From NCBI GenBank assembly GCA_965248265.1, contig CBDFJF010000002.1, positions 1,472,001 through 1,536,000 on the forward strand: a stretch of 64,000 bases of DNA, written 5' to 3'. Both the position numbers and the translations under genes were made by a program. The notes under the pieces are model-generated. The model saw only the letters and a program-made list of their open reading frames with translations, made no database searches and was not told the DNA's origin. Position 1 is the stretch's first letter, and each line of letters begins with the position of its first letter. Positions 1 through 8,276 of the stretch are shown one piece after another. This stretch comes from Candidatus Latescibacterota bacterium (GTDB lineage Bacteria > Latescibacterota > UBA2968 > UBA8231).

Positions 1-181
1 GGACGGTGACCTTGTTCTTGGCGAGCCCGATGGGACGGCGATCGCGCCGCTCGGGCGGCAGCCCCCGTATCTCGGCTATGGGGGCGTTACGCTTGCACAG
101 CAGAATGACCTCACCCCTGGCCAAGCGGTCGAGGTAACGGGACAGGTGGGTCTTGGCCTCGTGTATATTGAGTCTGATCAT
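1..181 (-). CDS. Type II TA antitoxin, Phd/YefM family (partial, runs off the window start)
   Basis: Not in the ORF track. Manual translation from ATG at 181 gives MIRLNIHEAKTHLSRYLDRLARGEVILLCKRNAPIAEI..., the Phd/YefM N-terminal signature (N.HEAK.HLS.....GE). Confidence 0.9.
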   Translation of the reverse strand, partial: MIRLNIHEAKTHLSRYLDRLARGEVILLCKRNAPIAEIRGLPPERRDRRPIGLAKNKVTV

Positions 182-217
182 GACTCATAATATGAACTTA
201 TAAGTGAACTAAGTCAA
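181..217 (-). promoter_or_regulatory. Sigma70-type promoter with overlapping operator-like repeats for the antitoxin gene, probably leaderless
   Basis: Minus strand TTGACT (217-212), 17 bp, CATATT (194-189), ending 7 nt before the ATG. Palindrome ACTTATAAGT at 196-205. Direct repeats TGAACTTA/TGAACTAA at 193 and 205. Confidence 0.6.
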
Positions 218-314
218 TGGTCGGGGTCTCAGATGGGCAAGTCTGTGCGGTGGTCGAGTTTGGCGATGACCGAAGTCGAGGATCAGGGTCACCTCGGGGG
301 CCATTAATAGGGTC

Positions 315-1514
315 TCATACCGCCCACTTCTCGATCTTGGCCTCATCCAGCTGCACCCCTAACCCCGGTCCGTCACTAGGTCTCAAGCGGCCTTCCCGGT
401 AGCGAAAAGGCTGCGTACAAACATCGTCGACAAGCAGGCCGGGACTGACGAGGTCTGAGGAGACCGAGATGTTGGGTGAGGCGACGGCCAGGTGAAGGAA
501 GGCGGCGGTGCCGGGTCCCAGTTCGATGGTACTGCCCAACAGCGCGGGTATGCCCGCGGTTTGGGCTGTGTGCACGAGCCGCTGGGCGCGCAGGAGCCCG
601 CCGCCCTGAGAGGGGATGACGTTGATGAAGTCGACGGCCCGGTGAGCGGCCAGGGCGGCACACAAGACGTCCCCGAGGTCGGCGACGTGCTCGATGATGT
701 CTACGGGGACCTGGGTGCGCACCCGCGCCAGCGAGCGGGCGGCCTCGTCGGCGTTGGCTTCGATTCGCTCGGGGTGGTCGTTGGCGATGCCACGGTTGAC
801 GGCGACAGTTGGAGTTTCGCAACCATTGATGCCGGCGGCAGCCATTTCCGTGATCTTGGTGATCGCCTCCGCCTCTTCCCATACCCCACTGGCGTCGACG
901 CGCAGGTAGGTGTCGGGACCGGCAATGGCGCGGAACAGGCGGATGCGTTCGAGGTCGCGCTGGTGATCGGTGCCGACCTTGAATTTGAAGGCACCGAATC
1001 CCTGGGACAGCTTCTCCCGAACCTCCGCTTCTAGGGCGTCGAGTTCCTCTTGTACTGAAACCTCCCCGCGCAGGAAGGCGACCCAGCAGACTTCGACACG
1101 CTCGCGGCAACGGCCTCCCAACAGCTCATAAAGGGGCGTTCCATACCGCTGTCCGACCAGGTCGAGTAAAGCGATTTCGGCGCCGAAGAGGGTCAGGTTT
1201 CGCAGCTCGGGGTGACAGACGGCCGGCTGCAGTTCGGCGACTCGCGTGTACATGGCACGCCAGCGGTTCAGATCCTGTCCAAGCATGGCTTCGACGAACA
1301 GGTCGCGGGTCTGCGCAGCGGAGGGCGGGTCCATACGCTTGGCGATATCGGAGATCTCTCCCAGACCGGTGAGTCCATTCTCCGTGTGGAGCTCGATGAT
1401 CTGATAGCGCGAGCGGCTGGGATCGGGGGGTGCGCTCTGCCCGGGCTCGGCGGTGTAGGTGTCGTAGATGCGAGGGATGGAGACTTCGCGGATGCGGATG
1501 TCGGTGATTTTCAT
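315..1514 (-). CDS. Mandelate racemase/muconate lactonizing enzyme family protein (enolase superfamily)
   Basis: MKITDI start, GLGE, EIALLDLVG..G.PLYELLGG capping domain, KxK (FKFKV), RVDA, C-terminal P.GPGLGV.LD. Confidence 0.9.
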   Translation of the reverse strand: MKITDIRIREVSIPRIYDTYTAEPGQSAPPDPSRSRYQIIELHTENGLTGLGEISDIAKRMDPPSAAQTRDLFVEAMLGQDLNRWRAMYTRVAELQPAVCHPELRNLTLFGAEIALLDLVGQRYGTPLYELLGGRCRERVEVCWVAFLRGEVSVQEELDALEAEVREKLSQGFGAFKFKVGTDHQRDLERIRLFRAIAGPDTYLRVDASGVWEEAEAITKITEMAAAGINGCETPTVAVNRGIANDHPERIEANADEAARSLARVRTQVPVDIIEHVADLGDVLCAALAAHRAVDFINVIPSQGGGLLRAQRLVHTAQTAGIPALLGSTIELGPGTAAFLHLAVASPNISVSSDLVSPGLLVDDVCTQPFRYREGRLRPSDGPGLGVQLDEAKIEKWAV

Positions 1515-2389
1515 AGGGTGGGTGTTTGCATGGGTTGATCATGTGTGGTTGGCCCCTGTGGCTTTCTCCCGATGAAAAGACACTCCTGGCGGATCTTACG
1601 CAGACCACCTTCGCGGCGAATCCGTTGGACGATCTCTTCCGATTCGTCCCGAGAAGCACCATCCTCCATGTGAGCACCGATGATCTCTTCATTGTCGTAC
1701 TCGTACTGATAGGCCCATCGATGGTACTCCGTTTCCGTAAACCCGCCCTCCAGCATACTCTCCACGGTGAGACCGAAACTATCTTCCCAAGCCCCGAAGA
1801 AATGCCATCCTCCCGGACGCAAATACTGCAGGATTCTGGCGTCCTTTTCTCGTTGGCTGACTCCCTTTGGACTGAAAGGAGCCAATCGCTGTACGATCGC
1901 ATCGAAGCAACCATCAGAAAATGGCATCGGGCCTCGGCCATTCGCTCGAAACACGTACACGGAATCCAATGCGGCTACGCGTGTCTGTATTTGGAACAAT
2001 GCCCGCCAAGAAAAATCGAAGCTGAAGATCGACGTGCCAGGATTACACGACTCCGCTAGCCATTGCGTGAAATGTCCTGTACCTGCTCCGATCTCTAGGA
2101 TTCGAAATCCTGGTCGGCTGACCTGGGCGACTCGCTGAATGAGATATGTTACACCACGCCATTCCCGATGTCGCAGGTATGCCATCTCTCGCCCAACCAT
2201 CGCTTCATGCTTGAGCCATTTGCGATTCGCATCGTCGTCGGGTACTCGACTCGATTCGTCCTCGATGTAGAAGTCAGGAATCCCGTCCTCAATCGTGAAC
2301 GTGTGGCCACCACCTTCGCTCAGTATCTGGTCAGATGACCATTTCAATGGCCGGCCGGTTAGAGGACAGCAAAATTGATCGATGGTCAC
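1511..2389 (-). CDS. Class I SAM-dependent methyltransferase with N-terminal Trm112-like segment
   Basis: ILEIGAGTG motif I and PFSDGCFDAI. N-terminus CPLTGRPL...FTIEDGIPDF. ATGA overlap with the downstream gene. Confidence 0.8.
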   Translation of the reverse strand: MTIDQFCCPLTGRPLKWSSDQILSEGGGHTFTIEDGIPDFYIEDESSRVPDDDANRKWLKHEAMVGREMAYLRHREWRGVTYLIQRVAQVSRPGFRILEIGAGTGHFTQWLAESCNPGTSIFSFDFSWRALFQIQTRVAALDSVYVFRANGRGPMPFSDGCFDAIVQRLAPFSPKGVSQREKDARILQYLRPGGWHFFGAWEDSFGLTVESMLEGGFTETEYHRWAYQYEYDNEEIIGAHMEDGASRDESEEIVQRIRREGGLRKIRQECLFIGRKPQGPTTHDQPMQTPTL

Positions 2390-2544
2390 AACGACACTAT
2401 CTGACGGTGATTAGAGGTGATGTGCGCAGTCAATCTCGGTGCGTCTACGCTTTTCGGGCTGCTCCGCGATGGTTGGTATCCCATTTCATCAGAATGTGCG
2501 TTTCGGTTTTGTCGAACCGCACCAGCCGTTTCCGTCTGATGCAC

Positions 2545-3312
2545 TCATTCGATATCATCTTGAAGTGCTCTAACGAATGTATCAACAATCCGGTTGTAGG
2601 AACCGTCCTCTCTCATAGCTCCAACAGCAGTATTGAATCTATCCAGAAGTTCCCTCCTGCCACTCTCTCTTGCAAAGACCAAGTATGCTTTGTTGACTGC
2701 AGCAGGCCGGGCCAACCTATCAACAACGCTCTGGAGATTCTCTCGATGGAGGATTTGAAGAGCGGACAGCTCATCAGCTATAAGGCAATCTATCCTACCC
2801 CTAACCAGCTTTCCAAAGTTTGCATGATTGTCCTCGGCTTCCTTCGCTTCAAAGACTTTTGCCTCTCTCGCCTCATCGAATTCTTGCCCATAACTCCATC
2901 CGCGATTGATACCAACCCGCTTTCCTCTCAGATCGCTCAATTCATCGAACTTGAACATTTCACCCTTTCTAACGAATACCACAAGCTTCTCCTCGAAAAG
3001 AGGATCAGAGTAATCGTAGATGAGCAGACGTTTCTCATTCTTGTAAATTCCACCAACAGCCTCCTCTCCACGCTCTCCCAGCAACAAGGCTCTTTTCCAG
3101 GGATATCCAGTGATCTCAACTTCCACTCTTATGCGCGCGAAGATCTCTCGCATCAGCGTTGGATACAATCCGTGAGCGCCTTCATCGTACATGTATGGGG
3201 GATAGGTCTCGTCAACTGCGATTCTGATTCTCTCCGATTGCGCATGAACCATCATCGAAGAGTCAGGCACCCCGAATAGCAGGAGCAGACAAGTGGTAAT
3301 TGCTCTTCTCAT
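2545..3312 (-). CDS. Orphan periplasmic solute-binding protein, family 3 (amino-acid type)
   Basis: Signal peptide MRRAITTCLLLL, YPPY, PWKRAL, DL.GKRVG..RGWSYG, M..DGSY..I. Start taken at ATG 3312 rather than 3378. Confidence 0.85.
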   Translation of the reverse strand: MRRAITTCLLLLFGVPDSSMMVHAQSERIRIAVDETYPPYMYDEGAHGLYPTLMREIFARIRVEVEITGYPWKRALLLGERGEEAVGGIYKNEKRLLIYDYSDPLFEEKLVVFVRKGEMFKFDELSDLRGKRVGINRGWSYGQEFDEAREAKVFEAKEAEDNHANFGKLVRGRIDCLIADELSALQILHRENLQSVVDRLARPAAVNKAYLVFARESGRRELLDRFNTAVGAMREDGSYNRIVDTFVRALQDDIE

Positions 3313-3625
3313 ATGAAATCCTTCGTGCAAGAGGCGTTCAAGCGGAGTCCTCAAAGCCAACAATTGATTATATGCCACGGCTGTCTTTCCGACGAACTCA
3401 AAACCGCCGGCCTATCGCTCGACTCATAACCCCTTGTCGCGGATAAGGAAGCGCGAGCCGGCACACCCGGTCAAGGGTTTTCTGAGACCGGGTTGCAGAC
3501 GGAGCTGTACGCATAATGCGGTGAACTGAATACCATGGTCGTAATGCGGTCGTAATGCGCTGTAATACTCGGATATGCGGCAAGCCATCTGACGCACCGT
3601 ATGAGGCACGATGAGCAGGCATTGC

Positions 3626-3653
3626 TTGACCCAGCGCTAACGTGCTCTATCCT
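3626..3653 (+). promoter_or_regulatory. Putative sigma70 promoter of the amidohydrolase gene
   Basis: TTGACC-16 bp-TATCCT, about 55 bp upstream of the start at 3708. Confidence 0.4.
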
Positions 3654-3707
3654 CACTGACGTATTGTTTCCTCAACCACCACCTCAACAGATGGAACTCA
3701 TGGACTT

Positions 3708-4949
3708 ATGAGCAGTTACGACTACCTGATCAAGAACGGCAGCGTAATCGACGCAGCCAACAATCTCGACGGCATCATGGACGTCGCCATCACCGCCGGC
3801 AAGATCGTCGCGGTCGAAGAAGACCTCCCTGCGGATCAAGCCCAACAGGTCTACGACGCCTCCGGCAAATTCGTAGTACCCGGTCTCATCGATATCCACA
3901 TGCATGGCTACAACCATGTCACGCCCCTGGGTATCGACACCGACTACTACTGCCTGGGGCGAGGTGTGACCACGGCCGTCGATGCCGGCAGCGCCGGTGG
4001 CTGCACTTATCCGGGTTTTCGCGTGTACGCGGTTGAGCCGGCGACGACCCGGTTGCTCGGGTTTCTCAACATCTCGCTGGCGGGGTTGGCTGTGGGCGGA
4101 AAGAGCGATGGCACCACAGCTGGCGAACTCGATGGGCGCGCCTTCATCAACGCTCCGACGTGCATCGAAACCATCGAGGCCAACCGAGATATTTTCGTCG
4201 GCGTCAAAGTCCGTCTCTCCCGCGCCATTGCTGAAGACGGCAAGAACGAACCGGAGGCTTATCGCGCGGCGCTGGAAGCAGCGGCGTCAGTGAAGCTGCC
4301 GCTGATGGTCCACCATGCCTTCTCCGTTGTGCCGCTGGAGGAATGTCCGGGCAAGATGGTGGCCGGCGATATCTACACCCACTGTTACCACGGTTTCGAG
4401 AGCACGATTGTGGATCCTGATACCCGCAAGATGAATGCATCGGTGATCGATGCACGCGAGCGCGGCGTCATCTACGACATCGGCCACGGCACCGGCGCCT
4501 TCAACTGGACGGTGGCCGAGATCTGCGCCGCCGAGGAGTTCTGGCCGGATGTCATCGGCACCGACCTGCACAGCCTGACCTGCGAGGGTCCCGGGTACGA
4601 CATGCCGACGGTTATGTCGAAGCTCTTGCACCTGGGTATGCCGCTGCCGGAACTGATCGAGGCTTCGACCCTGTCCGCGGCGGAAGCCATTGGCTGGGAG
4701 GACCGCATCGGAACGCTGGGAGTGGGGCGCGAGGCGGATGTGGCCGTGCTCTCTCTGGATGAAGTAGATGTCGAGCTCGAGGATTGTCAGGGTCAGATGC
4801 GCCGGATCGAGCGGCGTCTGTCCGCCAGCGCTGTGTGGCGGGCTGGTGTGCCGGGTCTGATCACGCACCCTCTCAAATGGCCCAACCCCGAGAAGCTGGA
4901 GGACCTGCGCAGTTTCATTCCGATGCTGAAGATCAGCGACCAAGGGTGA
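3708..4949 (+). CDS. Amidohydrolase/deacetylase (dihydroorotase-like, EF_0837-type) metallohydrolase
   Basis: PGLIDIHMH (HxH), GVTTAVDAGSAG, GVKVR, PLMVH, GDIYTHCY, DIGHG, GTDLH. Confidence 0.85.
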   Translation: MSSYDYLIKNGSVIDAANNLDGIMDVAITAGKIVAVEEDLPADQAQQVYDASGKFVVPGLIDIHMHGYNHVTPLGIDTDYYCLGRGVTTAVDAGSAGGCTYPGFRVYAVEPATTRLLGFLNISLAGLAVGGKSDGTTAGELDGRAFINAPTCIETIEANRDIFVGVKVRLSRAIAEDGKNEPEAYRAALEAAASVKLPLMVHHAFSVVPLEECPGKMVAGDIYTHCYHGFESTIVDPDTRKMNASVIDARERGVIYDIGHGTGAFNWTVAEICAAEEFWPDVIGTDLHSLTCEGPGYDMPTVMSKLLHLGMPLPELIEASTLSAAEAIGWEDRIGTLGVGREADVAVLSLDEVDVELEDCQGQMRRIERRLSASAVWRAGVPGLITHPLKWPNPEKLEDLRSFIPMLKISDQG

Positions 4950-5093
4950 GGCCTGAGCAGCGACCCAGTCTGGACAGTTTTTTCACACCGTGGGTGACAC
5001 CTTGGGCCTCCAGGCGTGTTCTATGAGGCGAATGGGCAAACAGCGCTAGCTCGACGCCCGAAGATGGAAACACGCCAATCGGAGGTACCCAAC

Positions 5094-6581
5094 ATGAACT
5101 CAATCACATGGATTCGGTCGGCCCTGTTCGGGGCCAGCCTGTTCCTCTTCGGCCTGGCCGCGTGCAGTGACAGCAGCGGCGACGGCAATCCCCTGGGGCC
5201 GGAAGGTTCGAACGCCGACCAGCAACTGACGGATGACACGTCCGGGGCGCCGGATGGCGATTCCGGGGCTGAGAACAGGGACAACGACGGCAACGGTAGT
5301 ATCGGCATCGTTCCGGACGATACCGACGAGCCCAGCGGTGAAGTCGTAAACCCAGTGCCGGGCGATCCGCCGATAATCCTGCCGTCCGAGACTGCTCTTA
5401 GTGACCTACTGGAGCGCATCCGCAGTCTCGAGGTCGAGGTCGAAGACACCGGTGACTTGATCGACCTGCCAAGGCTGGAAGGGCCCGGACACGTCGTCCT
5501 CATCGACCAGGACATGGTCCATTTTTTCGTCTACGAGAGTGCGGCCATCGCCAAGGATCAGGCCATTCAGCTGATGGGCGATAGCAGCCAGGTTGGCGAA
5601 ATGGCAGATCCCAATGCGTTGCCACGCCTGTACGCGCTCGATCGCTTCGTCGTCCTCTACATGGGTGACAGCGACAGCGTCATCGGCACGCTGGACCGGG
5701 TGTTCGGGGGACCGCTGTTCATCGATACGACGACCGGTCCCGTTGAAGACCCGTTTGAGCCACCAGATGATGTCATTGACGATCCGGGTCGGGTCGGAAT
5801 CGTCACGATCACCAATGAAGATGAGCTGGATCGCTTGCTGGGACTAGTCCAGGATGACGCGCTCATCGAGCGCCTGTCAGCCGTCGACTTCGAAGACGAC
5901 TTCATTCTGGCTGTATTGCGGGGAGAGATGCCGACGGCAGGCTACACTGTAACCATCGAAGATGTGCGCTACGCCGGTGAGATGGTGGATGTGTTCGTGT
6001 CCTTGACCAATCCGGGACCAGATGAGATGGTGGCCCAGGTCATCACCTATCCACTGGCGGTCCAGGTCATTTCCAGGTCCGATGTCCAGGAGCCCGGCAA
6101 ACACGGGTGGGCGGTGATATCAGCGGACGGGGAGGTCCTGGTGGAGATCAGTCCATCGGATTCAAGCTCCGGGGGGTCTACCGGTAGTACTGGCGGTGGC
6201 ACCCCGACGGACCCGGGCACAGAGCCTGAACCAGGCATAGACGTCGACGGTTCCGGGCAGATCGACGACCCGTTGGTCGATCCGGCACCGGATGTGGCAC
6301 CGCGGGGCTTCGACATCCGCGGCAGCATCACGACCTTCGAAGAGGGCAGTGACCGGTTGCTGGCGCGGTTGTTGATCAAGAGTGAATTCGACAACACCGC
6401 GTATGATCAGGCCTGGGTCGCGATCACGGACGAGACCCTGATCCACCTCAGTGGACAGGAAGCAGAGGAGACATTGGCTGCTCTCGAACCGGGCGTTCGA
6501 GTACAGGTCGTCTTCGACGGCCCCGTCGCCGAGTCCTATCCGGTTCAGGCGGTGGCGGGGTTCGTGGTAATCTTGGAATAG
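5094..6581 (+). CDS. Acidic lipoprotein with a PrcB C-terminal-like domain and a C-terminal YobA/DUF3221-like domain
   Basis: Lipobox LAAC after a hydrophobic stretch, with RBS GGAGG before ATG 5094. VDF.....LAV.RGEMPTAGY.VTI...AQVITYP is PrcB-like; G.RVQV.FDGPVAESYPVQA is YobA-like. Confidence 0.7.
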   Translation: MNSITWIRSALFGASLFLFGLAACSDSSGDGNPLGPEGSNADQQLTDDTSGAPDGDSGAENRDNDGNGSIGIVPDDTDEPSGEVVNPVPGDPPIILPSETALSDLLERIRSLEVEVEDTGDLIDLPRLEGPGHVVLIDQDMVHFFVYESAAIAKDQAIQLMGDSSQVGEMADPNALPRLYALDRFVVLYMGDSDSVIGTLDRVFGGPLFIDTTTGPVEDPFEPPDDVIDDPGRVGIVTITNEDELDRLLGLVQDDALIERLSAVDFEDDFILAVLRGEMPTAGYTVTIEDVRYAGEMVDVFVSLTNPGPDEMVAQVITYPLAVQVISRSDVQEPGKHGWAVISADGEVLVEISPSDSSSGGSTGSTGGGTPTDPGTEPEPGIDVDGSGQIDDPLVDPAPDVAPRGFDIRGSITTFEEGSDRLLARLLIKSEFDNTAYDQAWVAITDETLIHLSGQEAEETLAALEPGVRVQVVFDGPVAESYPVQAVAGFVVILE

Positions 6582-6613
6582 CTATCGCGAAGTTTGCCTT
6601 AAGCGATTCGTAC

Positions 6614-6652
6614 AGGTGGCCCGCTTCCTTCGGGAGGCGGGCCACCTTTTTT
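6614..6652 (+). terminator. Rho-independent terminator
   Basis: AGGTGGCCCGCTTCC-TTCG-GGAGGCGGGCCACCT hairpin (cUUCGg loop) followed by a T run. Confidence 0.9.
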
Positions 6653-6696
6653 GGAGTTCGCTGGCCTCTGCCCTAATCTATCGGGAGGAGAACACA

Positions 6697-7485
6697 ATGA
6701 ACCGAACCGCAGACGAATCCCTCATCGCCGTCTTCATCGACTTTGAAAACCTGGCCATCGGACTGCGCCCGCAGAAGTTCGACCCCGAAATCATCCTGCG
6801 GCGCCTGCTCGAGAAAGGCCGCATCGTCTACAAGCGGGCCTACTGCGACTGGAGCGGTTACCGCAAGGAGGTCGGAGACCTACACCGGCACGGTATCGAA
6901 CTCGTCGACATTCCGCAGACAAGAGCCAGCGGCAAGAACAGCGCCGACATCCGCATGGTCGTCGACGCCATGGACCTGTCCCACGCAAAAGAGCATATCG
7001 ACACCTTCGCTCTGGTTACCGGGGATAGTGACTTTTCACCACTGGCATCGAAGCTCAAGGAAAATGATCGTCGCGTATTGGGCTGCGGCGTCAGGAAATC
7101 AACCTCCGACCTGCTGGTAGGTGGTTGCGATGAGTTCATCTACTACGACGACCTGATACAGAAGGTCAAACAGCGTCGCGCGGCTCCGCCCAAGGCTACC
7201 GCCAAGAAAAAGCGCAAGACGAAAGAATCCTCACCCGTATCCGATGAACGAGAGGCCGCTCTGGATCGCCTCGTGCACATCGTCGCTTCACTGGAAGAGG
7301 ATTACGACCCTCTGTGGAGTTCCCTTGTCAAACAGACCGTGCGCCGTGTTGATCCCGGGTTCAACGAGAAGCGATTCGGTTTTCGCAACTTCAACGAGCT
7401 GCTGGCGGCCGCTGAGAAAGCCGGACTGATCGTTCTGGAGCACGACAAGGAGAGAGGCAACTACAAGGTCAGCCTCAGCAACTGA
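6697..7485 (+). CDS. NYN domain (LabA/DUF88) protein with C-terminal OST-HTH/LOTUS domain
   Basis: IAVFIDFEN, AYCDW, GKNSADIRMVVDAMD, LVTGDSDFSPL, DEFIYYD, then DPGFNEKRFGFRNF.ELL. RBS GGAGGAG before ATG 6697. Confidence 0.92.
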   Translation: MNRTADESLIAVFIDFENLAIGLRPQKFDPEIILRRLLEKGRIVYKRAYCDWSGYRKEVGDLHRHGIELVDIPQTRASGKNSADIRMVVDAMDLSHAKEHIDTFALVTGDSDFSPLASKLKENDRRVLGCGVRKSTSDLLVGGCDEFIYYDDLIQKVKQRRAAPPKATAKKKRKTKESSPVSDEREAALDRLVHIVASLEEDYDPLWSSLVKQTVRRVDPGFNEKRFGFRNFNELLAAAEKAGLIVLEHDKERGNYKVSLSN

Positions 7486-7506
7486 CACGTTGATGAAGGT
7501 CAGGGC

Positions 7507-8274
7507 ATGCGCGTCGTTACGTACAACGTATTGGGACTGCAGGGATATCCTCCAGGAGAAGCGCTGGAGGCTCTTGGGAGTTTTGGGGGTGACGCCCATA
7601 TTGACCACTTCGTGAAGGTGTTTGCCGAACTCGACGCCGACATCCTCGGCCTGGAGGAGGGCGTGACGGCGTCGATGATGAAGGGGATCGCGCAGAAGCT
7701 GGGGTATCATCTGGCGACCTTTGCTTCGCCGACGGCTTATCCCGGGCATGTGCTTTCGCGGTATCCGATTCTGCAGTCGCAGGTCTTCAGTCACTTTGAC
7801 CCGACGGCGGAAGTAGTGCCCTTCAGTCGCACTGCGGGGGCCGCGTTGCTGGATGTGAATGGCGAGCAGGTTTGGTTCGTCGTCATTCACCTGCATCCAC
7901 GGGAGGTGGCCATGCGGGAGCATGAAGCCGATCTGCTCAAGGCACATATAGAAGAATTGATGAAGATGTCGGAGCGGATGGTGGTAGTAGGGGACTTCAA
8001 CTGTGATCTGGAGGAGCGGGTGCACGGGCAACTCAAGGGGTTGGGTTTCGTCAACGCCATGGAAGGCGCCGGCGGTGGTGTCGAGTTAACGATGGATACG
8101 GTTGGGATCAAGCAACTGCAGATAGATCACATCTACGCCAGTGCGGCGCTAGCGGCGCGACTGCAGAGTGCCCAGGTGGTACGGAGCCCGGGTTTTCGCC
8201 ACGATGGGCCGCAGGTGGCCGGATTGTTTGTGCACTCCGATCACCTGCCAGTGGTGGCGGAGTTTGGCGGATAG
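7507..8274 (+). CDS. Endonuclease/exonuclease/phosphatase (EEP) family protein
   Basis: MRVVTYNV, DADILGLEE, VVVGDFN, IDHIY, SDHLPVVAEF. Confidence 0.9.
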   Translation: MRVVTYNVLGLQGYPPGEALEALGSFGGDAHIDHFVKVFAELDADILGLEEGVTASMMKGIAQKLGYHLATFASPTAYPGHVLSRYPILQSQVFSHFDPTAEVVPFSRTAGAALLDVNGEQVWFVVIHLHPREVAMREHEADLLKAHIEELMKMSERMVVVGDFNCDLEERVHGQLKGLGFVNAMEGAGGGVELTMDTVGIKQLQIDHIYASAALAARLQSAQVVRSPGFRHDGPQVAGLFVHSDHLPVVAEFGG

Positions 8275-8276
8275 CA

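Noticed and set aside
2335-3279. 314-aa plus-strand ORF
   Set aside because: Antisense shadow of the clearly recognisable SBP gene; no motifs.
3708-4949. pyrC dihydroorotase
   Set aside because: Motifs fit the EF_0837-type deacetylase-like subgroup, and there is no pyr context.
5030-5075. GGGCAAAC...GACGC resembling a c-di-GMP-I riboswitch
   Set aside because: Lacks the GNRA-capped P2 stem and the GCAAAG/P3 elements.
6697-8274. NYN + EEP as an anti-phage nuclease pair
   Set aside because: Both are common stand-alone families, and the surrounding genes are metabolic rather than defence-island-like.
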